DNA from: Nitrospirota bacterium
Lineage (GTDB): Bacteria > Nitrospirota > Thermodesulfovibrionia > Thermodesulfovibrionales > Dissulfurispiraceae
Length of the DNA stretch: 64,000 nt
Assembly (NCBI GenBank): GCA_040758355.1
Contig: JBFLWF010000013.1
Location: 10,688 to 74,687 of the forward strand
Direction: 5' to 3'
Shown: positions 20,609 through 32,116 of the stretch, piece after piece
How positions within the stretch are numbered: the stretch's first letter is position 1
How the letters are laid out: each line of letters begins with the position of its first letter
The notes under the pieces: generated by a model
Told to the model about the DNA's origin: nothing
What the model saw: only the letters and a program-made list of their open reading frames with translations
Database searches by the model: none
Translations under genes and position numbers: made by a program

Positions 20609-22042
20609 TTAGCCTAATTTCTTCTTCAGCAGCTCGTTCACCATCTGCGGGTTTGCCTTTCCCTTTGTAGCCTTCATAACCTGCCCGACAAAGAACCCCA
20701 CCAGCTTTTCATCTCCGGCCTTATAACGCTCAACCTCTTTCTGGCTCTTTGCGAGAATCTCGTCTATCGCCTTCTCTATCTCTCCTGCATCGCTTATCTG
20801 GACAAGTCCCTTTTCTTTTACTATCTGCTCAGCGTCCTTTCCGCTCTTATACATCTCCTCAAAAACGGTCTTTGCTATCTTGCCGCTTATAGTGCCGTTG
20901 TCAATGAGCTTAAGCATATCCACAAGCTGTATTGGTTTTAGAGGACACTCCTCAATCCCTTTATTTTCTTCATTGAGAAGTCTCATCAGCTCGCCCATCA
21001 TCCAGTTAGAAACAGCTTTGGGGCTTCCACCGAGCCTTACAGCTTCTTCAAACCATTCAGCAACAGCTTTTTCAGATGTAAGCAAATCTGCATCGTATTC
21101 GGGTATTCCGTATTCAGAAACAAACCTCTCCCTCTTTGCATCAGGCAGTTCAGGGAGTTTAGTCCTGATTTCATCAATCCACTCCTGACTTGCAGTTATA
21201 GGCACGAGGTCTGGCTCAGGGAAATACCGATAGTCATGGGCTTCTTCCTTCCCCCGCATAGACTCTGTTATCCCCTTATTTGAATCCCAGAGCCTTGTCT
21301 CCTGTATTACCCTTCCGCCTTCTTCAACAACCTTTATCTGTCTTTTAATCTCGTATTCCAATGCCTTTTCAACGAACTTAAATGAGTTGATATTCTTTAC
21401 CTCTGCCCTTGTTCCGTATTCCTTCTGCCCGACAGGCCTTATTGAGACATTGGCATCGCATCTCAGAGAGCCCTGTTCCATGTTGCCGTCGCATACGCCA
21501 AGGTATCTCAGAATGGTTCTCAGCTTCTTCATATATTCGGCAGCCTCTTTAGGGCTTCTTATGTCCGGCTCTGAAACTATCTCCATCAACGGAATGCCTG
21601 CACGGTTTAGATCAACAAAGCTGTAATTGCCGCCGCCTTCATGGATATTCTTGCCTGCGTCTTCCTCCATGTGGATCCTTGTGATGCCGATTATCTTCAC
21701 CTCGCCGTCAACCACAATCTCTATGCGCCCTCCCTCGCATATGGGAAGCTCGTACTGGCTGATTTGATAACCTTTTGGCAAATCTGGATAGAAATAATTC
21801 TTTCTCGCAAACCTGCTGTAAGGGGATATTTTACAGTTCATGGCAAGCCCTGTCTTTATTGCGAATTCGAGCGCCTTTTTATTAAGCACAGGAAGCACTC
21901 CAGGCATACCTATACATACAGGGCATGTCTGCGTGTTTGGCTCAGAGCCGAATCTGGTTGAACAGCCGCAGAATATCTTTGTATCCGTCAGCATCTGGGC
22001 ATGGACTTCAAGACCTATGACCGCTTCATATCTATCCATCAT
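20609..22042 (-). CDS. gatB: Asp/Glu-tRNA amidotransferase subunit B
   Basis: [34 protein letters not shown] at 22042 overlaps the gatA stop. Confidence 0.98.
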   Translation of the reverse strand: MMDRYEAVIGLEVHAQMLTDTKIFCGCSTRFGSEPNTQTCPVCIGMPGVLPVLNKKALEFAIKTGLAMNCKISPYSRFARKNYFYPDLPKGYQISQYELPICEGGRIEIVVDGEVKIIGITRIHMEEDAGKNIHEGGGNYSFVDLNRAGIPLMEIVSEPDIRSPKEAAEYMKKLRTILRYLGVCDGNMEQGSLRCDANVSIRPVGQKEYGTRAEVKNINSFKFVEKALEYEIKRQIKVVEEGGRVIQETRLWDSNKGITESMRGKEEAHDYRYFPEPDLVPITASQEWIDEIRTKLPELPDAKRERFVSEYGIPEYDADLLTSEKAVAEWFEEAVRLGGSPKAVSNWMMGELMRLLNEENKGIEECPLKPIQLVDMLKLIDNGTISGKIAKTVFEEMYKSGKDAEQIVKEKGLVQISDAGEIEKAIDEILAKSQKEVERYKAGDEKLVGFFVGQVMKATKGKANPQMVNELLKKKLG

Positions 22043-23505
22043 AGAGATGGTCTCCTCAAATGCCACTCTGTGCTCTGCTCATAGGCATAGGCAAGCTTGA
22101 ATATTGATTCTTCGTCAAAATGTTTACCTATAATCTGCAAACCAACCGGCAGGTTGTCCCTTGTAAAACCGCATGGAATGGAAATGGCAGGCACGCCTGC
22201 GAGGTTCACCGATATTGTAAATATGTCCGAAAGATACATCTGAAGCGGGTCTGTAGCCTTTTCGCCGATCTTGAATGCGGCGCTTGGCGAGGTGGGTGTA
22301 ACTATTACATCCACATTTTTGAATGCATTGTCAAAGTCTTGCTTTATCAATGTCCTTACCTGCTGACCCTTTTTATAATAAGCCTCATAATATCCTGCAG
22401 AGAGGGCATATGTGCCGAGCATTATCCTCCTTTTCACTTCTGCGCCGAATCCCTGCGACCTTGTATTCATATACATTTCGAGCAGGTCTTCTTTGCCGGA
22501 TTGGCTGACTGCCCTGAATCCATACTTGACACCATCATACCGTGCAAGGTTTGAAGAAGCCTCTGATGTAGCGAGTATATAGTAAGTGGCGACTGCATAG
22601 CCTGTATGGGGCAGAGAGACCTCGACAGAAATTGCCCCCAGTGATTCAAGCTTTTTTATCGCTGTGCGCATAGAATCTTCCACATCTTTATCCATTCCTT
22701 CTATAAAGTATTCCTTTGGAATCCCTATCTTTAAGCCTTTTATGTCCTGCCCAAGCACCTCTGCAAAGTCAGGGACATCAACAGGTGCAGATGTTGAATC
22801 CTTTGGATCATGCCCTGCTATAGCATTGAGCATTATTGCAGAATCCATTACATTCTTTGTAATCGGTCCTATCTGATCGAGGGATGATGCAAAGGCAACA
22901 AGCCCGTATCTCGAAACCCTGCCGTAAGTTGGCTTTAAGCCGACAACTCCGCAGAGTGCAGCAGGTTGTCTTATAGAACCTCCTGTGTCAGAGCCGAGGG
23001 CTGCAATACATTCATCTGCAGCAACTGCTGCAGCAGAGCCTCCGCTGCTTCCTCCCGGAACACGCTCCATATCCCATGGATTTCTTGTCGTATGAAAACC
23101 CGAGTTCTCCGTAGAAGATCCCATTGCGAACTCATCCAGATTCGTCTTTCCTGTGAGGATATATCCCTGCTCTTTTAATCTTGTTGTTACTGTGCTTTCA
23201 TAGGGAGGCTTGAAATTATGAAGTATCTTTGATGCGCATGTGGTCAATATATCCTTTGTGCACATGTTGTCTTTCACAGCAACAGGCATTCCTGTCAGAA
23301 GGGATGCCTTATTCTCAAGGATTGCCTGCTCTGCATCCTTTGCCATTTCATAGGCAACATCTTTCGTTATCGTAATATAAGATTTTACTTTATCTTCTAC
23401 TGCATCGATGCGGCCATAAATATCGTCAAGGACTTCCCGGGGCTTTACTTCCCTGTTGTCAAGAAGCCTTCTTAATTCAGAAATGGTTAGTTCATTGAGC
23501 TTCAA
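22039..23505 (-). CDS. gatA: Asp/Glu-tRNA amidotransferase subunit A
   Basis: Amidase signature [23 protein letters not shown]; likely TTG start at 23505 after GGAGGAG. Confidence 0.97.
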   Translation of the reverse strand: MKLNELTISELRRLLDNREVKPREVLDDIYGRIDAVEDKVKSYITITKDVAYEMAKDAEQAILENKASLLTGMPVAVKDNMCTKDILTTCASKILHNFKPPYESTVTTRLKEQGYILTGKTNLDEFAMGSSTENSGFHTTRNPWDMERVPGGSSGGSAAAVAADECIAALGSDTGGSIRQPAALCGVVGLKPTYGRVSRYGLVAFASSLDQIGPITKNVMDSAIMLNAIAGHDPKDSTSAPVDVPDFAEVLGQDIKGLKIGIPKEYFIEGMDKDVEDSMRTAIKKLESLGAISVEVSLPHTGYAVATYYILATSEASSNLARYDGVKYGFRAVSQSGKEDLLEMYMNTRSQGFGAEVKRRIMLGTYALSAGYYEAYYKKGQQVRTLIKQDFDNAFKNVDVIVTPTSPSAAFKIGEKATDPLQMYLSDIFTISVNLAGVPAISIPCGFTRDNLPVGLQIIGKHFDEESIFKLAYAYEQSTEWHLRRPSL

Positions 23506-23609
23506 AGCACTCCTCCCAGTATTGCTGACTGGTAATTCTATCACTCTGATATAACGATTTGCAATATTGGGTAGAATTAGGAAGGAATCTATGATAATAT
23601 GGGAAAGTT

Positions 23610-23927
23610 ATGAAAATTATTGTATCGTCGATTATAGCTGCTTTAACAATTGCTGCCCTGGCGAACATAGCAACGGCAGTTCCGCCTGGGAAAGTTTTAG
23701 AGTGGAAGACACCAATGGGTACAGTAATATTCAATGGCAAGATCCATCAAGAAAAAGGACTTGTTTGCGATAACTGCCATCCAAAGATCTTCCAACAAAA
23801 GAGGGGTTCTTCAGACTTTAAGATGACAGACATTAAAATGCGCAGATTTTGCGGTGAGTGCCACAATGGTACAAAGGCATTCAATGCAAATGAAGGAAAC
23901 AACTGCATCAGGTGTCATAAGAGATGA
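23610..23927 (+). CDS. Second triheme c7-type cytochrome (paralog of 20111-20428)
   Basis: Signal peptide; CDNCH, CGECH, CIRCH; shares CGECHNGTKAF with the paralog. Confidence 0.9.
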   Translation: MKIIVSSIIAALTIAALANIATAVPPGKVLEWKTPMGTVIFNGKIHQEKGLVCDNCHPKIFQQKRGSSDFKMTDIKMRRFCGECHNGTKAFNANEGNNCIRCHKR

Positions 23928-25169
23928 TCATATCCATGCAATCATGTCCCTGCCTTCATTCTTTGCCTTATACAATCCATCATCCGCCCTCTTAAGTACA
24001 TGATTCAGATCGTTATCTGCTCCGTCAAAGCAGGCTATTCCCATGCTTGCCGTAACATTGATGGACAAATCAGCAATCACAAAAGGCCTTTCCCTTATTG
24101 TCCTCCATATCCTTTCAGCAACCACCCTTGTATCTTCAAAACTGGTATTAGGCAGTATAACTAAAAATTCTTCCCCGCCATACCTGCCGAGGATATCATA
24201 TTTACGCAAAGAATTCCTCAGACGGGCAGAGACCTCCTTTAATACCTCGTCCCCTACAGGATGACCATACCGGTCATTTATTTTCTTAAAATGATCTACA
24301 TCAAACATGATAAGCCCGCAGAATGTACTTACCATCCCCTTCTCTATAAGCCGCTTTGTCTTTAAGAATTCCTCCTCGGCCCTTACAATTAAATGCCCCC
24401 TGTTGTATATTTTTGTCAATCCATCCGTTACGGCTATATTTTCGAGCTCGTTTTGGGCCGTGGAAAGCTGGTCTGTCAATCTCCTCATAAGGACGAACAG
24501 AAATCCGAAAACAAAGAGCAGAACGATTGACAAGACCGACAACGATGACAGCAGTACCTTTTTAATCTGTTGATAAGAACGGGTAACATCGATGTATACC
24601 TCGAAGCTCCCTATTATCTCGTGCTTCTTATCTATAATAGGGAAGTATGTTTCGACAACATCGACATCATAACGCTTCTCTCCGGCGAGGTCCATGACCG
24701 AGCCCTTTTTGACAATTTTAGAAACCACCTCTCCCTTTAATGCCCTGCTCAGAGTAGTATTTTTATCATCGACCTTGCCGATAATCGAGTGGTCGGTGCT
24801 GTAGATGATCTTTTTATCTTTGCTAAAAAATTTGATCTTAAACATATTCATGGGATGCAGGTATTTCTTCATGCGGTCGTCCAAGACAGGGAAGTCTTTA
24901 TCGGCGACAAAGATGGCGGCATTCGAATTTGAATCGTAGGAGATAAGCATATCCTTTTCCTGTTCAAATATGGCATATCCAATATTCACCGCATCGTTTT
25001 CTGCATCGCTGATAATGTGGTTGTGGTATATACGGTATATGCCGAGGCCCGCAAGCAAAAGGATGGTAACTACCGATAAAGCGGAAAATATTGTAAATAC
25101 CCTTAATAAGTAGTTGGGACGTTTTCTGGCGTAAACATTTGTCAATGACAGGACAGCCGCATTACCCAC
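23928..25169 (-). CDS. Membrane-bound diguanylate cyclase
   Basis: Two TM segments around a periplasmic domain; DVDHFKKIND, I-site RKYD, GRYGGEEF. Confidence 0.92.
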   Translation of the reverse strand: MGNAAVLSLTNVYARKRPNYLLRVFTIFSALSVVTILLLAGLGIYRIYHNHIISDAENDAVNIGYAIFEQEKDMLISYDSNSNAAIFVADKDFPVLDDRMKKYLHPMNMFKIKFFSKDKKIIYSTDHSIIGKVDDKNTTLSRALKGEVVSKIVKKGSVMDLAGEKRYDVDVVETYFPIIDKKHEIIGSFEVYIDVTRSYQQIKKVLLSSLSVLSIVLLFVFGFLFVLMRRLTDQLSTAQNELENIAVTDGLTKIYNRGHLIVRAEEEFLKTKRLIEKGMVSTFCGLIMFDVDHFKKINDRYGHPVGDEVLKEVSARLRNSLRKYDILGRYGGEEFLVILPNTSFEDTRVVAERIWRTIRERPFVIADLSINVTASMGIACFDGADNDLNHVLKRADDGLYKAKNEGRDMIAWI

Positions 25170-25310
25170 CGAATGTAAATCTCCCCCAAAAATTCCGATA
25201 TTCTTATATTATTTTATTTATAAAAGTAAAAATCGATTTATATTAATGTAGCATAAATATAAATTCTGAGCAAATTCTATATTTTCAGGTTATATTATAT
25301 AATTCGTATC

Positions 25311-26270
25311 ATGTTATATCATTTCACCATAACGGCTTCGGCATCGGATAAGTCAAAACGGCTCGATGTTCTAATCGCAGAAAAGACAGGCATTACCCGC
25401 TCGCAGGTTCAAAGGCTCATAAAAGAAGGCCTCGTCCTTGTGAATAACAAGACAGAAAACCAAAACTACAAGGTGAAGACAAACGATGTCATTACAATCC
25501 ACAAACCTGAAGAAGAAAAGGAAATACTCATACCAGAAGCACTCCCGATAAATATACTCTACATGGACAGGCATCTCGTTGTGGTAGATAAACCATCGGG
25601 CATGGTGGTATATCCTGCAGCAGGGCATAACAGAGGCACTTTACTTAATGCACTTGCCTATCATTGCAAGAAGCTGGCAACTGTCGGCAGGCCTATGCGT
25701 CCCGGTGTAGTCCACAGGCTTGATAAGGATACGTCAGGGGTCATGGTTGTAGCTCTCGATGATAAGGCATATTACGACCTCGTGGAGCAGTTCAAAAAAA
25801 GGACAATCAACAGAAAATATACAACTCTTGTTTACGGCAATATCAAAGAGGATTCAGGGGAAATCGAAATGAAGATAGGACGGGCCGTCTCTGACAGAAA
25901 AAAGATGTCCACACGGACAAAAAGGGGAAAAGAAGCAGTTACCAGATGGAGGGTAATAGAGAGATTCGATGCTGCGACTCTCATTGAGGCAAAACTCGGC
26001 ACGGGGAGGACCCATCAGATAAGGGTGCATTTCTCAGCTATCGGACATCCTGTGCTCGGAGATAAGACATACGGGAAAAAGGTCGAGGTTGAGGTTAAGG
26101 TTGAGGGAAAGAGAAAAAAAATTGTCTTTCCCAGACAGATGCTTCACGCAGAGACACTCGGATTCATTCATCCTGTTACCAAGGAATATATTGAGTTTTC
26201 AAGCCCCCTGCCGGAGGATATGGAGGAGTGCATCAAGAAGCTCACCCTATCGGCAATGACCTTATTCTAA
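25311..26270 (+). CDS. rluD: RluA/RluD family pseudouridine synthase
   Basis: S4 domain, VHRLDKDTSG, TGRTHQIRVH. Confidence 0.93.
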   Translation: MLYHFTITASASDKSKRLDVLIAEKTGITRSQVQRLIKEGLVLVNNKTENQNYKVKTNDVITIHKPEEEKEILIPEALPINILYMDRHLVVVDKPSGMVVYPAAGHNRGTLLNALAYHCKKLATVGRPMRPGVVHRLDKDTSGVMVVALDDKAYYDLVEQFKKRTINRKYTTLVYGNIKEDSGEIEMKIGRAVSDRKKMSTRTKRGKEAVTRWRVIERFDAATLIEAKLGTGRTHQIRVHFSAIGHPVLGDKTYGKKVEVEVKVEGKRKKIVFPRQMLHAETLGFIHPVTKEYIEFSSPLPEDMEECIKKLTLSAMTLF

Positions 26271-26607
26271 TCCTGTTATCTTCGAAAACCACAACACTTC
26301 CGTCTGCTAAAGCATCTTTTATTTCGGAAAGATGAGAGAGCAGCAAAGAAAGTTGCGATTGAGGCCGTTTATCGGTGCATCTAAAAAGTATTACAGACGG
26401 TTTACTGGACTGCCGCATGGCAAGCAATGTTCCAAAATCGGTGTCAGCAGATACTATTATCTGGTCATTCTTAAAGGCGTGCTCAAAAATTACCGAATCA
26501 GAAGCAGAATGTAATCCGATGTCTCTTACGTGGATGGCTTCAAAACCGGCCTTTTGGAGTCCTTGAGCAATTATAGGAGAAAGGGCATTGTCTATCAGAA
26601 ATTTCAT
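26242..26607 (-). CDS. DUF5615 PIN-like putative toxin
   Basis: MKFLIDNALS, HVRDIGL, IVSADTDFG. Confidence 0.88.
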   Translation of the reverse strand: MKFLIDNALSPIIAQGLQKAGFEAIHVRDIGLHSASDSVIFEHAFKNDQIIVSADTDFGTLLAMRQSSKPSVILFRCTDKRPQSQLSLLLSHLSEIKDALADGSVVVFEDNRIRIRSLPIG

Positions 26608-26831
26608 GCAGTAACGAGCGGGATTTGCCGTTCTTTAACAGCTTCTGCTGCATATAACAGCGCTTCTTTAATATCCTCTGGTTCAATATCAGGATATGCA
26701 TCGAGTATTTCCTTTTCAGTCATTCCATTAGCTACCATGCCAACAATCGTGGCAACAGGGATACGCAAGCCTCTTATGCAAGGGACACCGCCCATTTTTT
26801 CAGGGTCTATAGTAATACGTGTAAACTTCAT
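26604..26831 (-). CDS. DUF433 family putative antitoxin
   Basis: ITIDPEKMGGVPCIRGLRIPV...YPDIEPEDI; ATG at 26831 after GGAGG; ATGA overlap with the toxin gene. Confidence 0.9.
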   Translation of the reverse strand: MKFTRITIDPEKMGGVPCIRGLRIPVATIVGMVANGMTEKEILDAYPDIEPEDIKEALLYAAEAVKERQIPLVTA

Positions 26832-27172
26832 AACTTTTCCTCCAATCAAACGGCTACTGACTTGTTACACTTATTATATCAGATTATATCAGAACGGCCT
26901 ATTGCATGGTTTATTTCTCTATCCGTCTTTATAAACCTTTCCCATTAAGGCTCTATTCTATCACAAATAAATTTGAATCCAGCACCTCTGCCGGAGGATA
27001 TGGAGGAGTGCATAGAAAAACTTTCTGCAAACTTTAAATACAAGCAATAGCGCAAGCATTATTACTCTTTAAAATTCATGCAGCTTTCATATATAATTGG
27101 CGGCAAGGGGCATCCATCATTGTGCTCTGTATCCGGGGGAATCACTATTCAATTGCATAGAAAGAAAGCAAT

Positions 27173-29143
27173 ATGGCTGATATTGTTTTAGAGGCTATTC
27201 GTGCTGCGGTAGTAAGCATCATCTTTGTCTATCTCTGCGTGATCGGCCGAAAGCACCAAATCCAGCAGCAAAAGGGATGGTTCTATATCGTTTTTGGATT
27301 TGCACTCATACTCTTCGGCATGATCATTGACATCACGGACAACTTCCCGCATCTCAACAAATATATCATCGTCGGCGACACTGAATACGAGGCATTTCTG
27401 GAAAAGGTGGTCGGCTATCTGTTCGGCTTTATTTTCCTCGCTATAGGTTTTTGGAAATGGATGCCGACAGTCATTCTGCTCGATAAAACGAAGAGGGAAC
27501 TCAAGATGTCTTATGACATGCTTGAGTTAAAGGTGAGTGAGCGAACCGCTGAATTAAAAGCAGCAAACGAAGAACTCCGGCAGGAGATGCAAGAGCGAAG
27601 GAAGGCAGAGGAGGCCCTGAGAGAGAGCGAAGCAATGCTCAAGGAATCGCAGCGCGTCGCTCTGATCGGCCATTATAACTTCGACCCTGTCACCGGGTAC
27701 TGGACAAGCTCGGAAATGCTCGATGAGATATTCGGGATAGATGCCAATTATGTCAAGAATGTCGAAGGATGGCTGAGCATTGTGCATCCCGATCTCCGCG
27801 CAGAAATGCTGGAGTATCTTCAGGATTTCGTATTGAAGGAAAAGAGGCCTTTCAATAAGGAATACCGGATTGTGCGCGTGAGCGACAAAGCGGAACGCTG
27901 GGTGCATGGCCTTGGCAGCCTGGTGTTTGACCACGATGGACATCCTGTCAGGATGTTTGGCGTCGTCCAAGACATCACTTACCACAAAAAAATGGAAGAT
28001 GAGATGGCAAAGGCGCAGAAGCTTGAATCGCTCGGAATCCTCGCGGGCGGCATAGCCCACGATTTCAATAATCTCCTGACCGGAATTCTCGGCAATATAA
28101 GTCTTGCGAAAATGCTCACCGGGCCCGATGAGAAGATATACGAGAGGCTGCAAAAAGCAGAGAATGCCTCTGAGCGGGCAAAGTACCTTACATCCCAGCT
28201 CCTCACCTTTGCAAAGGGAGGCTCCCCCGTCAAGAAGGCGTCTTCAATAGAGCAAGTAGTTATGGACTCGGCAAGTTTTTCTCTCAGAGGGTCGAATGTC
28301 AGGTGCGAGTTTTCTATTCCTGACGATATCTGGCAGGTAGAGGTGGACGAAGGCCAGATGAGCCAGGTAATCAACAATCTCATCATCAATGCAGATCAGG
28401 CAATGCCTGATGGCGGAGTGGTGAGCATAAGACTGGAGAACAGGATCGTTACGTCGCATGATAACCTTCCTCTGAAAGAAGGGAACTACGTGAAGATATG
28501 CATTCAGGACAGGGGCATCGGCATATCGCGGGAAAACCTGCAGAAGATATTCGACCCCTACTTCACAACAAAACAGAGGGGTACAGGACTCGGACTCGCA
28601 ATGGTATATTCCATCATCAAAAAGCATGACGGCCATATCGAGGTGGAATCATCGGCAGGAACAGGAACTTCTTTCCACATTTACCTTCCTGCAGCGGAAA
28701 AGTCGCCTGATTCGGACAGGACAGCGGCAAAGGAAAGAATAACAGCGAAGGGACACGGGAAGATACTTATCATGGATGACGAAGATATGGTAAGGGAGGT
28801 CGCTAAACAGGTACTGATCCACATGGGGTATGACGTTGAAGAAAGCAGGGACGGCAGAGAGGCACTCGAAATTTACCGGAAGGCAAAGGAAGAAGGGAAG
28901 CCGTTTGACGTGGTGATTATGGACCTCACCATACCAGGCGGAATGGGAGGAAAGGAATTGATCAAACACCTCCGCGAAATAGATAAAGATGTAAAGACAA
29001 TCGTGTCAAGCGGATACTCCAACGACCCGGTCATGTCCATGTATCAGAAATTCGGATTCAACGGCGTTGTTGCAAAACCATATAAGGTGGATGAACTCGG
29101 CAGGGCAGTCCAGAAGGTCATTGGCTCAATCAGTCCTATCTGA
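27173..29143 (+). CDS. Hybrid sensor histidine kinase (TM-PAS-HisKA-HATPase-REC)
   Basis: H-box AHDFNNLL, G-box GTGLGL, C-terminal REC (MDDE...MDLTIPG). Confidence 0.93.
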   Translation: MADIVLEAIRAAVVSIIFVYLCVIGRKHQIQQQKGWFYIVFGFALILFGMIIDITDNFPHLNKYIIVGDTEYEAFLEKVVGYLFGFIFLAIGFWKWMPTVILLDKTKRELKMSYDMLELKVSERTAELKAANEELRQEMQERRKAEEALRESEAMLKESQRVALIGHYNFDPVTGYWTSSEMLDEIFGIDANYVKNVEGWLSIVHPDLRAEMLEYLQDFVLKEKRPFNKEYRIVRVSDKAERWVHGLGSLVFDHDGHPVRMFGVVQDITYHKKMEDEMAKAQKLESLGILAGGIAHDFNNLLTGILGNISLAKMLTGPDEKIYERLQKAENASERAKYLTSQLLTFAKGGSPVKKASSIEQVVMDSASFSLRGSNVRCEFSIPDDIWQVEVDEGQMSQVINNLIINADQAMPDGGVVSIRLENRIVTSHDNLPLKEGNYVKICIQDRGIGISRENLQKIFDPYFTTKQRGTGLGLAMVYSIIKKHDGHIEVESSAGTGTSFHIYLPAAEKSPDSDRTAAKERITAKGHGKILIMDDEDMVREVAKQVLIHMGYDVEESRDGREALEIYRKAKEEGKPFDVVIMDLTIPGGMGGKELIKHLREIDKDVKTIVSSGYSNDPVMSMYQKFGFNGVVAKPYKVDELGRAVQKVIGSISPI

Positions 29144-29651
29144 ACTCCACTGCCTCTTTTGCAGAAACCCTCGGCGGTGCAGACGGTATCCTCGAAGGAT
29201 AGCCCACTGGAACAATTGCTACGGGCCTTAAATTATTTGGCATATCAAGTATCTCGAACACATCACTCTCTTTAAATGCACCGACCCATACGCTGCCGAG
29301 CCCGTTTTCCCATACAGTAAGCATCATATTCATAATACTGCATGCCACATCCTGAATTGTGTAGAGATGAACACCCCTGTCTCCATAGCGGTTTTCGATC
29401 CTCCTGTCAGTGCATCCAATGACAACGAGTGAAGCTTCGGCAATGAAATTCTGGTTTAGTGCAGCAGTGGCAATATCACGCTTTGTCTTTTCATCTCTGA
29501 CAAAATAGAACTTTCTCGACTGTAGGTTTCCTGCACTGGGCGCCCATATAAGTGCATCTATCAATTTTTTGATTATTTCATCAGGGATATCCTTTTTCTG
29601 GAAATCTCTGATGCTACGCCTCTCTTTTATGATCTTCAATACAGTGTCCAT
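29136..29651 (-). CDS. Nitroreductase family protein
   Basis: RRSIRDF, APSAGNLQ, GLGSVWVGAF. Confidence 0.92.
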   Translation of the reverse strand: MDTVLKIIKERRSIRDFQKKDIPDEIIKKLIDALIWAPSAGNLQSRKFYFVRDEKTKRDIATAALNQNFIAEASLVVIGCTDRRIENRYGDRGVHLYTIQDVACSIMNMMLTVWENGLGSVWVGAFKESDVFEILDMPNNLRPVAIVPVGYPSRIPSAPPRVSAKEAVEFR

Positions 29652-29666
29652 AACACCTCCTGCATT

Positions 29667-32018
29667 TTACTTGTCCAGCACTTCTCTCACCTTTCTTAAA
29701 AGGTCATCCGGTGAAACAGGCTTTGATATGAAGTTTATTCCTTCCTCTAAGACGCCTTTTTCATGGATGATATCTGCCGGATAACCGCTTGTAAAAAGCA
29801 CTTTAATATCGGGCATTATCTTTCTTATCTCTTCATATGCCTCCTTGCCGTTCTTCTTGGGCATTATCAGATCGAACAGAAGGAACTGAATCCTGTCTTT
29901 ATTCTCTATGAATTTATTTATTGCATCCACTCCATTAACTGCCTCGATGACCTTGTAACCAAAATTCTCAAGCACTTCTTTTGTGAGTCTTCTGACCTCT
30001 GCGTCATCTTCCGCAGCCAGTATAGTTTCTGTACCTCCTTTTGGTGCAGGAAGAACTATCGATTCAGCTTCTTTAAATTCAGGCTTTATTAAAGGAATAT
30101 ATATCCTGAATGTTGTTCCTTTGCCGGGTTCGCTGTAGACATTTATGTATCCATTATGCTGTTTGATTATTCCGTATACTATTGCAAGTCCGAGTCCTGT
30201 GCCTTTCCCAAATTCCTTGGTTGTGAAAAATGGCTCAAATATCCTCTCCCTTGTCTTTTCATCCATTCCGATGCCTGTATCGGTAACCGAGATTCTGGCA
30301 TATATGCCCGGAGTCTCGACAGCATGTGTCTTTATGTATTCTTTGTCCAATTCCACAAGCTCTGTTTCGATGGTCAAAAGTCCACCATGAGGCATGGCGT
30401 CCCTTGCATTAGTTGCGAGGTTCATCAATACCTGTTCTATCTGGCCGCTGTCTGCCATTGCTGTCAGGTCTTTATCGGCAAGTATGGTCTTAAGTTCTAT
30501 ATCCTCGCCAATGAGTCTTAACAAAAGCTTTTCTGTTCTCTTTATAACTTCGTTTAAATTTACAGGTTTTGGGCTGATTATCTGTTTTCTGCTGAACGCA
30601 AGGAGCTGCTGGGTAAGATTTGCTGCCCTTTCTGATGAAGAGAGTATCTGTTCGACATAAGCCACCAGCGGGTCTTCTCTATCCATATTTGTCTTCAAAA
30701 GGCTTCCGTATCCTATTATTGCTGTAAGGATATTGTTGAAGTCATGGGCAATGCCGCCTGCAAGCCGGCCGATTGCCTCCATCTTCTGCGCCTGACCGAG
30801 CTGAGCCTTGAGAATGGCACTCTCATCTTCTGCCCGTTTTCTGTCGGTTACATCAAGCAGTATCAATATCAGACCACTTACAGTCCCGTCAGCCTCCTTC
30901 ACAGGCTGCAGGCTCCAATCCCAATATGTTACTCCACGCTCAGGATGCCCGGCATATTCAAAAGGCTTCTCATAAGCAAGGTACGGCTCGCCTGTTTCCA
31001 CTACTTTACGGAAAATGGCCTCATTCTCCTCGCTTGGATATAAATCAAAATGGCTCTTGCCGACAAAGAATTCAGGAGTTCGTTCGTCAGCCTCTGCATA
31101 GGCCTGATTTACGCGTATGAAGTTGAAGTCCTTATCCATGTAAGCGATCATGAGATGCATTGAGGAGAAAACCTTCTCGAATAGTTCATTTGCCTTCGAA
31201 AGTATCCTTTTCGATTCCATCTCCTTTTCTAATGCATCGAGGAGTTTCTTTCTCGTCTCCCATGCGAATATCCCGAGCATCCCGCCAATGGAAAAAGCAG
31301 CCGTTAATGCCGTGCCGGCCCGGAAGACCTGAACAGGGATATGCACTGCTAAAAAAAAGGAGTCTGCATTAAGCAAGTTTGAAGGGAAAAAGTCTCCTTT
31401 TGGAACAACCAACCCACTTAAAAAACCATAGGCGAGAAAGGATAAACCAGCCCATAGAAAATACCCTTTTACCTTGAGCGGCTTTAATGTTTCCTTCTCA
31501 TGCCGGCAATAAGAGAAAAAACCGAAACCAGTAAAAATAGCGCCAAAAAATCCAAAGAGATATCTTGCCAAGATGCTTCCTGTTTTCCAGAAGTCATGAG
31601 ATGTAATGCCGAAGATAAATACGAAAAGCCCTAAAACAGGAGACAACCACCAACCGATATGCCTCTTGACATTTTTTTCCCATGCAGGAGACCCCTCATG
31701 GATATTGACTATAAAAAGCCTCCTGCCGAACTCAAACAGGAAGATAAAGGAAGCAACAAGGCAGAACCACCTGATTAAATCAAGCAATTCGCTCCTGCCT
31801 TTGATTATTGCCCACATATCCAGCCATTCATTTATTCCGTGTATAAGACCAAACCCCGATAGAAGCCATAAAATATCCGCAATCCTGAATGCGCTTCCCT
31901 TTTTAGGCTGAATCAGGATACTAATGCCCATCACAAAGAAGGCCATGCCGTAGATAAAAAACACGATTTCCATGTTATTTTGAAACCACTGGTATATTAG
32001 ATCCATCACCTGTTGCAT
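29667..32018 (-). CDS. Hybrid sensor histidine kinase (multi-TM-PAS-HisKA-HATPase-REC)
   Basis: About seven hydrophobic segments, AHDFNNIL, GKGTGLGL, C-terminal REC. Confidence 0.93.
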   Translation of the reverse strand: MQQVMDLIYQWFQNNMEIVFFIYGMAFFVMGISILIQPKKGSAFRIADILWLLSGFGLIHGINEWLDMWAIIKGRSELLDLIRWFCLVASFIFLFEFGRRLFIVNIHEGSPAWEKNVKRHIGWWLSPVLGLFVFIFGITSHDFWKTGSILARYLFGFFGAIFTGFGFFSYCRHEKETLKPLKVKGYFLWAGLSFLAYGFLSGLVVPKGDFFPSNLLNADSFFLAVHIPVQVFRAGTALTAAFSIGGMLGIFAWETRKKLLDALEKEMESKRILSKANELFEKVFSSMHLMIAYMDKDFNFIRVNQAYAEADERTPEFFVGKSHFDLYPSEENEAIFRKVVETGEPYLAYEKPFEYAGHPERGVTYWDWSLQPVKEADGTVSGLILILLDVTDRKRAEDESAILKAQLGQAQKMEAIGRLAGGIAHDFNNILTAIIGYGSLLKTNMDREDPLVAYVEQILSSSERAANLTQQLLAFSRKQIISPKPVNLNEVIKRTEKLLLRLIGEDIELKTILADKDLTAMADSGQIEQVLMNLATNARDAMPHGGLLTIETELVELDKEYIKTHAVETPGIYARISVTDTGIGMDEKTRERIFEPFFTTKEFGKGTGLGLAIVYGIIKQHNGYINVYSEPGKGTTFRIYIPLIKPEFKEAESIVLPAPKGGTETILAAEDDAEVRRLTKEVLENFGYKVIEAVNGVDAINKFIENKDRIQFLLFDLIMPKKNGKEAYEEIRKIMPDIKVLFTSGYPADIIHEKGVLEEGINFISKPVSPDDLLRKVREVLDK

Positions 32019-32116
32019 AATGACAATTATAGAATAGTTTAAGAAGATTTTCTGTAAATATCATGTAAATTTAATAAGTTGATAAAATCTAAGAATTACT
32101 GATAGAATCCATGTGT

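Larger units (their letters stand above)
26208..27013 (+). repeat. 26-bp direct repeat (26208-26233 and 26988-27013) flanking a TA cassette
   Basis: CTGCCGGAGGATATGGAGGAGTGCAT is exact at both sites, 780 bp apart. Confidence 0.9.
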
